Of a DNA stretch of 64,000 bases, positions 54,886 to 64,000 are shown piece after piece. This DNA comes from an uncultured Planctomycetaceae bacterium (GTDB lineage Bacteria; Planctomycetota; Planctomycetia; Planctomycetales; Planctomycetaceae). The notes beneath the pieces were generated by a model. That model had not been told where the DNA came from. It ran no database searches and saw only the letters and a program-made list of their open reading frames with translations. The stretch is from positions 608,001 through 672,000 of the forward strand of contig CAWFAK010000009.1 in the NCBI GenBank assembly GCA_963813715.1, in the 5' to 3' direction. Numbering within the stretch: the stretch's first letter is position 1; each line of letters opens with the position of its first letter. Made by a program: the position numbers and the translations under genes.

Positions 54886-56974
54886 ATGCGCGCGATCTAC
54901 GGCGAATCCAGCGGCGGCGGACTCCGCAATCCTCTTTGGGCCCCTCTGGGCCTGCTCCTAGCCGGCCTTTCGCTGTCGATCGGCTGGGGCATTCGGGGCA
55001 ATCTCGGCCACGAAACGGGGGCGATGATCCCCGGAGTGCTCGCCGCGATTGCCGTCTGCGTCCTCTCCAACCGCGAAGATTGGCGCGCGCGGGTCGGCTA
55101 TTTTGCCCTGCTCGGCGGCCTCGGCTGGGCGCTGGGCGGCTCGATGTCGTACATGCAGGTGATCGCTTACGCCCACTCGGGGCACGCGCCGTCGCAATAT
55201 TACGGATTCTTCGCGCTCTTCGTGATCGGCTTTCTCTGGGCGGCCTTGGGCGGCGCCGGGACGGCGCTGCCCGCCATCCTCGATCGCCGCAGCTTGCTCG
55301 ACTTTTTTCGGCCCCTCACCGTCGTGCTCGCGCTCCTGGCGGTGCTGCATTTTGTCGAAGAGCCGTTCGCTCGGGCCGTTCAATCGCAAATCGACCTGCA
55401 ACCGGGCAGCATTTCCGGCTGGCAGCGGCACGAGTCGGCGCTCTACTGGTTCGACACCGACTGGATTGCTGCCCTCGTGGCAATCATCGGACTCTTAGCG
55501 TTCGACCTCGTCGATCGTCACTTCGGCAAGAGCCTGTGGCTGCCCGTGTTCGCCGCGGTGGGCGGGGCGATCGGTTGGGCCGCCCAGGCAGCCATCGTGC
55601 GGGCCCACTGGTCGGCGGCCGCGCAGGCATCCTCGTTCACACGCAGGGCGACGATATTCGCTTCGATCGCGACCTGCTTCACTTCGATCACGACCTGTTG
55701 ATGGCCAATTGGCCCGTGCTGTTTCTCAAGGAGAGCGACTACGTCGGACTGGTCGTCGGCCTCATCGCAGGCATCGGCGGCTACTTCGCCTGGTTCGGCA
55801 AATTCCGACGCGGCTCGTCGCTCTTGTTGCACCTGGCCCTGGGCTGGTTCGTCGGCTTTCTGCTCTTGCCCGTCTCTGTTCGACGTGCGGATGACGCCCC
55901 CTCGCGGCGACAACTGGGCCGGCATGCTGGGCCTCTTCGGCGGCCTCGTGCTCTATTGCGTCCGCTGTCGGCAGTGGCCGTTGCTGGCCGCCTCGCTCGT
56001 CGCGGGAACAATCGGCGGGATCGGCTTCTCCGGCGGAGCCTGCGTCGAAGCACTGCTCGAATCGTTCGGCAACGCCAACCTGGCGCCGGGCCTGGCCGAA
56101 GCCTGGACGAATTGGCAGAACAGCGGCACAGACATTCCCGTCTCGATTGTCATGCTGGCGGCCCAGCCCATTCATCACTGGGAGTTTTGGCTGTCGGCCA
56201 ATTGGCACAGCTTCCTGGAACAGACGTACGGCTTCGTCAACGGTTTGGCCGTCATCGCCGCGATGGCCGTGCTCTGGCGGCGACTCGAACGCTCTGACGA
56301 CAGCGGTCCGCGCGAGTACTGGACCGAGGTCGTGGCTGTCTCGATCGTCGTACCAGTGTTGATGTGGGTCACCCTGCAGAAAGACGTCGCCGAGTGGACG
56401 CAGGGCCCAACGGCCGCCGTGCCGCGAAACGATGCGGATGCCCCTGTTCGGCTATTCGCTCTCGGCCTGGGGCTGGTTCAACGTGATCTTCGGCATCGCG
56501 GCGATGGCCTTCGTGATGCTGCTCAACGTCCACACCCGCCGCAGGCTGGCCTTGTTGGAGGTCGGCTGGCTGGGTCGCGGGCAGTGGCTGTTTCTGCTTG
56601 TGCTGTGGGTCTTCGTCATCGGCAATTTCGGCCGCATCGTCGTGCATTTCACCGAGCAGCGGCTGCTAACCGAAGGCGTGATCACGCTCAATGCCGTGCT
56701 GGCGACGATGCTCGTACTGCTCGTGCCGCGCACGATCGCCCCCGCGCCGGAACGCATTCCACCCGACTATCTGCGACTGGTCGGCCGCGCCGCGATTGCG
56801 GCGGTGCTCTGCGCCGCGGCCTTCCCCGTCGCGGAGACGCTCAGCGTCCGGGCCGTCTATGGGGATGCCCCCGTCATCCGTCCGCGCGACGCCGACCACG
56901 GCCCGACCACCCGCTTCGGTCCGCACGCCGCCTGGAAACATCGCCCACTCTTACGGGGCAAAGACCACCGCTGA
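54886..56974 (+). CDS. Large polytopic membrane protein of unknown function, about 3 frameshifts
   Basis: GWGIRGNLGHETGAMIPG, GGSMSYMQV, RMTPPRGDNWAG, NWHSFLEQTYG; stitched from ORFs 54712, 54936, 55885 and 56432. Confidence 0.65.
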
Positions 56975-57003
56975 CCCGCTTACAGGGCAAAGACCACCGC
57001 TGA
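56946..57003 (+). repeat. 29-bp tandem duplication of a gene 3' end (L-R/Q-GKDHR-stop)
   Basis: cttacggggcaaagaccaccgctga ending 56974 and cttacagggcaaagaccaccgctga ending 57003. Confidence 0.9.
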
Positions 57004-57041
57004 CGCGAGATTTCCGGTACGCCGCCGAGCTCGCACGCGAA

Positions 57042-57075
57042 CCGGCGAGCCGCCCGCGTAAGCTGGCGGGTGCTT
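57042..57075 (+). repeat. REP-like hairpin, family B (copy 2)
   Basis: ccggcgagccgcccgcgtaagctggcgggtgctt; matches the reverse complement of 44537-44570. Confidence 0.72.
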
Positions 57076-57216
57076 CTCTTTTGCGACCGGTGTGCCACTG
57101 CTGAGCTCTGGCTCAGCAGTGCCTTTAGCTGTCTGAGTTCGCAAGCTGCGACATCCGTTTGACACCCGCCGCCGCGGCCGGTCCAATGGCGTGCAACTCT
57201 CACCCAGGAAGGGACC

Positions 57217-58161
57217 ATGATGCGCCAGCGCAAACGCCTGCTCGTCGCCGGTTCGACGTTCGCTTTCTTGCTCGTTGCCGCCGGGATCGCGGCCGGCTGG
57301 TTTAAGCCGACCGAGACGGTCGTCACCGAAGTCGCCCCGGGCGTCTTCTTCCGCAAGGTGATGTCCGAGCCGAAATTCATCGGCTGCAATCAGGGCTGGG
57401 TGATCTTCAAGGATTTTGTGCTGGTGATCGACGCCAGCTTTCCCGACCAGGCCGACGAGGTCATCAAGCTGATCCGCAAAACGACCGACAAGCCGATCCG
57501 CTTCGTCTTCGACACGCACTATCACGGCGATCACGCGGACGGCAACCAGCGGTTCGCCGCCATCGGCGCGTCGCCCGTCGCCTCGGAAAACAGCCGCACG
57601 CTGTTCGACACCAAGGGCATCGCCGGCTTCGAGCTGGCGAAGAAGACCAACCCGGCCGTCTACGGCAACCTCGATTACCAGAAGCCCGTCGTCTGGTTCC
57701 CGCAGAAATTCGTGCTCGACGACGGCACGCAACGGGTCGAGCTGATCCACTTCGGCCATGCCCACACGGCGGGCGACGCGATCGCCTGGCTGCCGAAGGC
57801 CGGCATCCTCTTCACCGGCGACGCTTGCGTGAACGGCGCGTTCAACTACTGCGGCGACGGCGACACGGCCAGCTGGATTCGCGTCCTTTCCGAAATGCAA
57901 AAACTGCCCGTCCAAAAAGTCTGCCCCGGCCACGGCGAAATGGGCGACGCCAGCGTGATCGCCAACCAAAAGCGCTGGTTCACCGAACTTCGCGAAACGG
58001 TGCAACGCATGATCGATCAGGACAAGTCACTGGCCGAAATCAAACAGCAGATCGACATCCCGTTCTACAAAGAGTGGACCGGCGTCGACTGCAAGAAGCA
58101 GGCGGAGAATATCGCGGTTGTGTATCGGGAGCTGACGGGAGCGGGAAAACGAGCGCGGTAA
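57217..58161 (+). CDS. MBL-fold metallo-hydrolase, exported
   Basis: Signal or anchor helix, THYHGDHADGN, HAHTAGD, LFTGD, PGHG. Confidence 0.9.
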   Translation: MMRQRKRLLVAGSTFAFLLVAAGIAAGWFKPTETVVTEVAPGVFFRKVMSEPKFIGCNQGWVIFKDFVLVIDASFPDQADEVIKLIRKTTDKPIRFVFDTHYHGDHADGNQRFAAIGASPVASENSRTLFDTKGIAGFELAKKTNPAVYGNLDYQKPVVWFPQKFVLDDGTQRVELIHFGHAHTAGDAIAWLPKAGILFTGDACVNGAFNYCGDGDTASWIRVLSEMQKLPVQKVCPGHGEMGDASVIANQKRWFTELRETVQRMIDQDKSLAEIKQQIDIPFYKEWTGVDCKKQAENIAVVYRELTGAGKRAR

Positions 58162-58305
58162 ATTTTAGCACACCGGCGCAAGGCCGCTAACTTAGCGGAC
58201 TTTGCCAATCACCTGCTGTCAAAAGCCTGGGATGCTGAGTTCGTACAAGCCACGGCAAACGCGCGACCTAGCGCCGCAATGCTGATACAACCGGGGAATA
58301 TAGCG

Positions 58306-60310
58306 ATGACAAAGAGAGACCGAATTACGCAAAAGGCGCTGCAGTTGATTTCCGCGAAGCGGGACGGGTTGCAATTCACTCACCTAGTCGCGGCCTTGGC
58401 AAAGGATTTCCCAACGGAACCGACCGGGACGCTGACCGGTTACACCTGGAATCTTCACCGTCGCTTCCCCGACGAAATTTACAAACCCAAGCGCGGACTC
58501 TTCCGCTCGGTCAAGTTTCGGTCTAACGACGAACTGGAATACCAATTGGCCGCCGAGCAAGAGGCGGCGATCACCATCGACGATTACACAGCGACGCTCG
58601 ACGATATCGGCATCCGATTCCCGAACCTCAAGCGCGACGACCTTTTCACGCTGTGGTTTTTGGTCGCTCATCTCGTTGACGACGAAACCCACGCAGCACA
58701 AGGCGCTGGTCGGAGCTTCGGGGGACAAAGGAATTGATGCGATTTGGGTTGATGATTATGCGAAAGCGGTGTTCATTACCCAGGCAAAATGGCACGAATC
58801 GTTGGGCACGAAAGCTGAGAAACGAAACGATGTCATCGCGCTGGTAGAGGTCGCGGAACATCTTCAGGCTCACAACGACGCTTTTCAGGACTACCTGACG
58901 GGTATGGATGCTTTAGTCGCTTCCAAATTGGAGAAGGCGCACAGCGCGTTGTTGAAGACCAGTTCCGCGTTTTGTTGTACTTCGCGACGGTTGGAAACGT
59001 CTCGACCGACATTAGGCGCGACGCGAAGCGACGTCTAGCTGCCCTCGGAACATCAGTGGGGATGGAGATTTTGGACGCTCCGGCAGCTGGAGTCGTGATG
59101 CGCAATTATTTGGATGGGGTAGCGCCATCAATCCCAGCCTGCGTCTTGGAGATAGAAACGAGCACTGACGTAACGGTCAACAGCATTTCCCAACGATATG
59201 ACAAAACGAACAAAATAGAGTGCTGGGTGCTGAGCATGAGTGGTGCCAAGGTTGTGGAACTGTACGAAAGGGCCGGCATCCGCCTGTTCGCCAGAAACGT
59301 AAGAGGCTACCTTGGCCAGCAGCACCCGGTGAACGACGCAATGAAAGACACGCTTCAAGATGAACCTGATCGCTTCTTTTACTATAACAATGGCATCACA
59401 ATTGTGTCCGAAGGGGCCGAAAAGAAATCGCATGAGGGGCGCGATGCTCTTTACGTGAAGCATCCGCAAATCATCAACGGCCAACAGACAACGCGGACCT
59501 TGGCGAAACACGCAGCAATGGCAGGGAACGCTAGTGTGCTGGTCAAGGTGATTGCTGTGAAGCAGCAGAAGGCAGACGACACGGGCTTCAACAGCCTGCT
59601 ATCAAGCATCGTTGCAGGCACGAACTTTCAAAGCCCGATCAACCAGGCCGATCTTAGGTCGAATGACCGAGTTCAAGTCGTTCTAGAGAGAAGCCTGCGT
59701 AGGCTTGGATACGCATATATGCGAAAGCGCGAAGCGCGGAGCGAAGAAAGGATTCGGGTAGGTGGAAAGCAATACCATCGAATCACCAAGGAGGAGCTTG
59801 CGAAGGCGGTCGCCGCATGCGATCTCGACAGCTATATTGCACGAAGCTCAACCGACAAGCTCTTTGATGACGAAATGTACCGGGAAGTGTTTCGCAGCGA
59901 AGATCCGAACTATTATCTTCCGAGGTACTGGCTGTTTAAGCAGGTCAACCGAGCGCTTCCGAGTAAAGATCGCCGTAGAGAAACTCGATGGCTTGTGATG
60001 TGTTGGCTTTGGGCAAAAATGTCGCGATTCTTAAAGAGCCTGGCGCCGAAGAACTTTTGCGGAAAAGTGTCATCGCGGAGAAAGCGGTGTGGTCGAGCCG
60101 CTCGAGAAGGCCATTGAGGCTGCATCGCGGTTGGCGGTTAGGTTTTACCGGGCCGGCAAGGGCATGGGAACCGAACAGGTGGACATGTCAGCGTTCTTTA
60201 AGAGCAAGCGATCTAGTTTGCGATCATTTACCGGCTATCTAAATAGCAATGCGTTTACGGTATCTGGCGTGGACAAAAACATCGAGCGGATCGCTAAATC
60301 CATTGCGTGA
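58306..60310 (+). CDS. AIPR family protein with an extra N-terminal domain, about 3 frameshifts
   Basis: DKGIDAI...ITQAK, LFARNVRGYLG, PDRFFYYNNGITIV, QIINGQQT, TNFQSPI..DLRSND; visibly more AT-rich than the flanks. Confidence 0.85.
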
Positions 60311-60325
60311 TCGCCCCGGGTGCCT

Positions 60326-60420
60326 GGTGCCACTGAGGGGCGCGCGGTCCCGCCGCTGTCTTCATGCGGCTTAGCCGAGACGCGGAGCACTGGCGGCTCA
60401 AAGCCGCCGCCAGTGGCACC
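60326..60420. repeat. REP-doublet element, family A (second, degenerate copy)
   Basis: Terminal IR ggtgccactg/cagtggcacc; internal hairpin cactggcggc-8-gccgccagtg. Confidence 0.75.
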
Positions 60421-60439
60421 GAGCGAAGGAGGAAAGACT

Positions 60440-60911
60440 GTGGCAACTCCGACACTTCACCGACGCCATCTCGACTTCAAAACCTGGCCTGAGCTGTTGG
60501 CGGATATCGACCATCTCCGGCAGGCGCACTACGACCGCGGCGGGGAATTGGGATCTGTCGCAGACCTTGGAGCATGTCGGCTCAGGGATCCGAGTGGCGC
60601 TGCACGGCATCGATCATCAGGGCCCGTGGATCATTCGCAAATTCATCGGCCCGCTGATCCTCAAGCGGATCTTGCAGCAACGGCGGATGAAGGCGGGCAT
60701 CAAGGTGCCCCAGTGGTGGCTCCCGGGGCCGAGCCACGACGAGTCGGCGGCCGTCGACCAGTTCCGCTCCGAGGCCTCCGCCTTCCAGAATCTGGCAACC
60801 CCGCCGTTCCCACATCCGTTCTTCGGCCCGCTGACTAAACAACAGTGGAACGACCTCGTGCTCGTCCACGCCGCTCACCATCTGAGCTTTTTGATTCCCC
60901 GATCGAACTGA
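60440..60911 (+). CDS. DUF1569 (DinB-like) protein, frameshift near 60545
   Basis: AGGAGG RBS, RRHLDFKT, WDLSQTLEH, HPFFGPLT..QW..L...HAAHHLSF. Confidence 0.8.
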
Positions 60912-60933
60912 GCGAGCCGCTGCGCGCTCTCCC

Positions 60934-61395
60934 TCACATTCCTTCCGGCCAAGTCCGCGTTTCCACCAGTGGTTCGCCCGTTTCGAGCAGGCTCTTGAGG
61001 CTCGACAAAACGTGCGGCCAGCCGTTGGAGACTCCGTCGATGAGTTTTGATTGCGGCTTGTCCATCTCGTGGATGACGGTCAGCTTGACTGACTCGCCTT
61101 GCTGTTCGAGTTCGTAGGTCAGCCTCGAAAAGCCCTCCGCGCGCATTTCCAGCTCGAATTCTTTGTGCCACGACAGCGCGAGCTTCCGCTCGGGTTCGAT
61201 TTCGAGCACCTTGCCGCTGTCCGCGAGGCGCCCGTCGGGGAGCATGAGCTTCCAGTCGGAACCGGGCTTCCAGTCGCAGTCCTGCCAGGTGCCCAGCCAA
61301 TATTGGCGGGTGAACTCGGGAGCGAGCAGGGCCTGCCACAGCTTTTTGGGCGTCGTGCGGATGTAAGTCACGTAGACGAATCGCGAGCCGCTCAT
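60934..61395 (-). CDS. SRPBCC/AHSA1 family protein (copy 2)
   Basis: FVYVTYIRTTPKKLWQAL, G.VLEIEP, VKLTVIHE, GWPHVLSSLKSLLETG. Confidence 0.9.
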   Translation of the reverse strand: MSGSRFVYVTYIRTTPKKLWQALLAPEFTRQYWLGTWQDCDWKPGSDWKLMLPDGRLADSGKVLEIEPERKLALSWHKEFELEMRAEGFSRLTYELEQQGESVKLTVIHEMDKPQSKLIDGVSNGWPHVLSSLKSLLETGEPLVETRTWPEGM

Positions 61396-61436
61396 CGGTG
61401 TCCCCTTCACAGTGTCCACGACTCACTGTCGCCAAC

Positions 61437-61898
61437 TCACATCCCTTTGGGCCACGTCCGCGTTTCCACCAGCGATTCGCCCGTTTCGAGCAAGGTCTTC
61501 AGGCTCGACAACAGGTGCGGCCAGCCGTTGGAGACGGCGTCGATGAATTTCGACTGCGGCTTGTCCATCTCGTGGATGACGGTCAGCTTGACCGATTCGC
61601 CCTGTTGCTCGAGTTCGTAGGTCAAGCGCGAAAAGCCTTCCACGCGCAGCTCCGGCTTGAATTCGTTGCGCCACGTCAGCACGAGCTTGCGCTCGGGCTC
61701 GATTTCGAGCACTTCGCCGCTGTCGGCCAGGCGGCCGTCGGGAATCATCAGCTTCCAGGAAGCGCCCGGCTGCCAGTCGCAATCCTGCCAGGTGCCCACC
61801 CAGTATTGGCGGGTGAACTCCGGCTCGAGTAGGGCCTGCCAGAGTTTCTTGGGGGTGGTGCGAATGAATGTGACGTAGACAAATCGCGATTCAGCCAT
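61437..61898 (-). CDS. SRPBCC/AHSA1 family protein (copy 1)
   Basis: Near-identical paralog of 60934-61395; overlaps the ArsR stop. Confidence 0.9.
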   Translation of the reverse strand: MAESRFVYVTFIRTTPKKLWQALLEPEFTRQYWVGTWQDCDWQPGASWKLMIPDGRLADSGEVLEIEPERKLVLTWRNEFKPELRVEGFSRLTYELEQQGESVKLTVIHEMDKPQSKFIDAVSNGWPHLLSSLKTLLETGESLVETRTWPKGM

Positions 61899-62220
61899 CG
61901 GTTTCCCCTTCCAGTTGTCGCTTGAGTTCGGCCAGAACGCGGAGACGACCCCGCTCGAATTTGCCGATCCACCGTTCGGCGATCTCGTGGATCGGCACCG
62001 GGTTGAGGTAATGCAGTTTTTCGCGGCCCCGCCACAGCGTGACGACCAGGTTCGCCTGCTCCAACAGCTTGAGGTGCTTGGTCACGGCCTGCCGCGTCAT
62101 GTCGAGGTGTCCGCACAACTGTCCCAACGTCTGGCCATTCTCGGCATGCAGACGGTCGAGCAGCAGCCGGCGACCGGGATCGGCCAGCGCCTTGAACACT
62201 CTGCCCATGTCCGCGTCCAC
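61891..62220 (-). CDS. ArsR/SmtB family transcriptional regulator
   Basis: VFKALADPGRRLLLDRL, MTRQAVTKHLKLLEQANLV, GREKLHYLNPVPI. Confidence 0.92.
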   Translation of the reverse strand: MDADMGRVFKALADPGRRLLLDRLHAENGQTLGQLCGHLDMTRQAVTKHLKLLEQANLVVTLWRGREKLHYLNPVPIHEIAERWIGKFERGRLRVLAELKRQLEGETDG

Positions 62221-62226
62221 GGCTCC

Positions 62227-62254
62227 ATTATGCAACCTTTTGGTTGCATGTCAA
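62227..62254 (-). promoter_or_regulatory. Sigma70 promoter with an embedded palindromic ArsR operator
   Basis: Minus strand TTGACA-16-CATAAT; perfect IR ATGCAACC-tttt-GGTTGCAT at 62230-62249. Confidence 0.8.
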
Positions 62255-62441
62255 GAGCGGACCGGTTGGTCGCAAAATCTTCACGAAAGGAGGCCGTCAC
62301 TCGATAGCGGACGGGGAGTCAGCCGCGGGAGCGAACGCTGTGCGGCCGCGCACTCGCCCGTGGCCCGTGGACCGCTACGATAAAGACGACTTTCAAACTC
62401 AACGCCCCGAACGAACGTCCGATTGCCGAAAGGAGAGACCC

Positions 62442-63234
62442 ATGGATCTGCAACTCAAGGGCAAACTGGCTCTGGTCAGCGGCAGCACGGCCGGCATCGG
62501 CCTGGCGATCGCGACGTCGCTGGCCCGGGAAGGGGCGCGCGTGATCATCAATGGCCGGGCACAGTCGTCCGTCGACACGGTGGTTGCGGAGGTGAAGGCG
62601 GCGACCAAAGGTGACGTGCAGGGGTTCGCGGGCGATCTCAGTCAGGCGGCCGTCGCGGAAGAGGTGGCGCGGCAAGTTTCCGGCAGTCGAGATCCTGGTC
62701 AACAATCTGGGCATTTTCGAGCCGAAGCCGTTCGAGGAAATCCCCGATGCCGACTGGATGCGGTTCTTCGACGTGAACGTGCTAAGCGGCGTGCGGCTCG
62801 CGCGGCTCTTCCTGCCGGCGATGAAACGGGCCACCTGGGGCCGCATCATCTTTATCTCGAGCGAGAGCGGCGTGCAGATTCCGGCCGAGATGATTCATTA
62901 CGGCACGACGAAGGCCGCCCAGATCGCCGTCGCCCGCGGCCTGGCCGAGGCGGTGGCCGGCACGGGCATCACCGTCAACAGCGTGCTGCCCGGGCCGACG
63001 AAATCCCGCGGCGTGGACGAATTCGTCGAAACGCTAGCCAAGTCGAGCGGCCAGACGTTCGAGCAATTCGAGAAGGAGTTCTTCGAGAAGGTCCGGCCGA
63101 CTTCGCTCATCAAGCGATTCGCCTCGGCCGACGAAGTCGCCTCGCTCGTCACTTACGTCGCCAGCCCGCTGGCCGCAGCCACGACCGGCAGTGCGCTCCG
63201 CGTCGACGGCGGCGTGGTGAAAAGTGCGTTTTAG
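62442..63234 (+). CDS. SDR family oxidoreductase, frameshift near 62672
   Basis: AGGAG RBS, VSGSTAGIG, ILVNNLG, ISSES, YGTTK, NSVLPGPT, VDGG. Confidence 0.92.
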
Positions 63235-63275
63235 TGCGCGGCTTCCGGTCTCGTCCGCCGATGGCTCCGGAGAAA

Positions 63276-63304
63276 TTGACTGTAGTATCACAATATGGTA
63301 CTAT
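63276..63304 (+). promoter_or_regulatory. hicAB promoter with an overlapping imperfect palindrome
   Basis: TTGACT-17-TACTAT; tagtatca-caata-tggtacta inverted repeat. Confidence 0.65.
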
Positions 63305-63313
63305 GGATGAACC

Positions 63314-63568
63314 GTGAGCAAGAAGCACCGGTCCACGCTCCAGGCGGTCTTCGACGATCCCGTGCGGTCGAACATCGCATGGCGGGACGTTGAAGCGATG
63401 CTCGTGGCGCTTGGAGCGGAAATCACGGAAGGTGCGGGATCCCGGGTACGGATCGCCTTGAACGGCGTCCGCGCCGTTTTTCACCGCCCGCACCCGCAAA
63501 AGGAGACGGACAAAGGGGCCATCCGCTCCCTGCGGCGGTTCCTCACCGAGGCTGGAGTCACGCCATGA
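63314..63568 (+). CDS. hicA: Type II toxin, HicA family
   Basis: W.DVEAML.ALG, GAGSRVR, FHRPHP; ATGA overlap with hicB. Confidence 0.92.
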   Translation: MSKKHRSTLQAVFDDPVRSNIAWRDVEAMLVALGAEITEGAGSRVRIALNGVRAVFHRPHPQKETDKGAIRSLRRFLTEAGVTP

Positions 63569-64000
63569 TGGAATACAAGGGATACCTCGGCAAAGTCGAG
63601 TTCGACGATGAGGCGGGAGTTTTTCACGGCGAGGTGTCCAATACACGCGACGTGATTACCTTCCAGGGGAAGAGCGTCGCCGAGTTGAAGCAGGCCTTTC
63701 ACGACTCGGTCGATGATTACCTGGCGTTTTGCGCCGCGCGGCGAAGAGCCGGACAAGCCCTGCTCGGGACAATTCGTCACGCGGATTTCTCCGGAGCTGC
63801 ACCGCAAAGTGAATCTCGCGGCGCGGTTGTCCGGTAAGAGCCTGAACGCCTGGGTCTCCGAGCAGCTCTCCTCCGCGGTCGCCCGAACTGCCGCCAGAGG
63901 TCGGCGCCCCGCGCGTGGCAAGTCGACAAAGGCGACGGCCTCCGGCCGACGCAAGCAGGCAAGTACGTCTCGACGTCGCAACGCTGCCAAAGGCGGCTGA
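63565..64000 (+). CDS. hicB: Type II antitoxin, HicB family, frameshift near 63735
   Basis: MEYKGYLG, DVITFQG, F..SVDDYL, then SGQFVTRISPELHR...SLNAWV in the shifted frame. Confidence 0.9.

Noticed and set aside
57217..58161. Metallo-beta-lactamase resistance gene
   Set aside because: The HxHxDH fold is shared by many hydrolases; nothing here indicates antibiotic hydrolysis.
52800..64000. A single integrated element or prophage
   Set aside because: No integrase, transposase, phage genes or flanking att repeats were seen; it looks like a patchwork of separate insertions.

Overview
High-GC bacterial window. Gene content and order (dxr-rseP divergent from ftsH, fused aroD-aroE, a giant PQQ/TPR beta-propeller protein, a Gly-rich TPR protein, DUF1569) point to a planctomycete; this is an inference, as no marker gene is present. 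About 20 genes, including hisA and aroK, are broken by small indels. These are most likely long-read consensus errors, so CDS calls are stitched across the shifts. 1-31 kb holds metabolic and envelope genes: ALDHs, ACT+DUF711, twin unknown oxidoreductase-like paralogs, an M20 peptidase, a stand-alone degenerate nuoL/M/N-like trio with an atypical NtrC-type regulator, and glycosyltransferases. 31.7-49.4 kb is a housekeeping block (rseP, dxr, ftsH, mutL, aroDE, aroK, prepilin peptidase, hisH, hisA). 50-52.7 kb is an EhpF-like adenylating enzyme plus an acylating-type ALDH, with no phenazine genes nearby; heptamer-repeat hairpins flank the ALDH. 52.8-64 kb is an accessory patch: orphan MT-A70 MTase, PD-(D/E)XK-like protein, MBL hydrolase, lower-GC AIPR gene, ArsR with two SRPBCC genes, an SDR, and HicAB. 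Best leads: the orphan EhpF/EhpG-like acid-reduction module, the nuoLMN-like operon lacking pump residues, two independent 29-bp duplications of gene 3' ends, and several palindromic repeat families. No rRNA, tRNA, CRISPR array or transposase was recognised.
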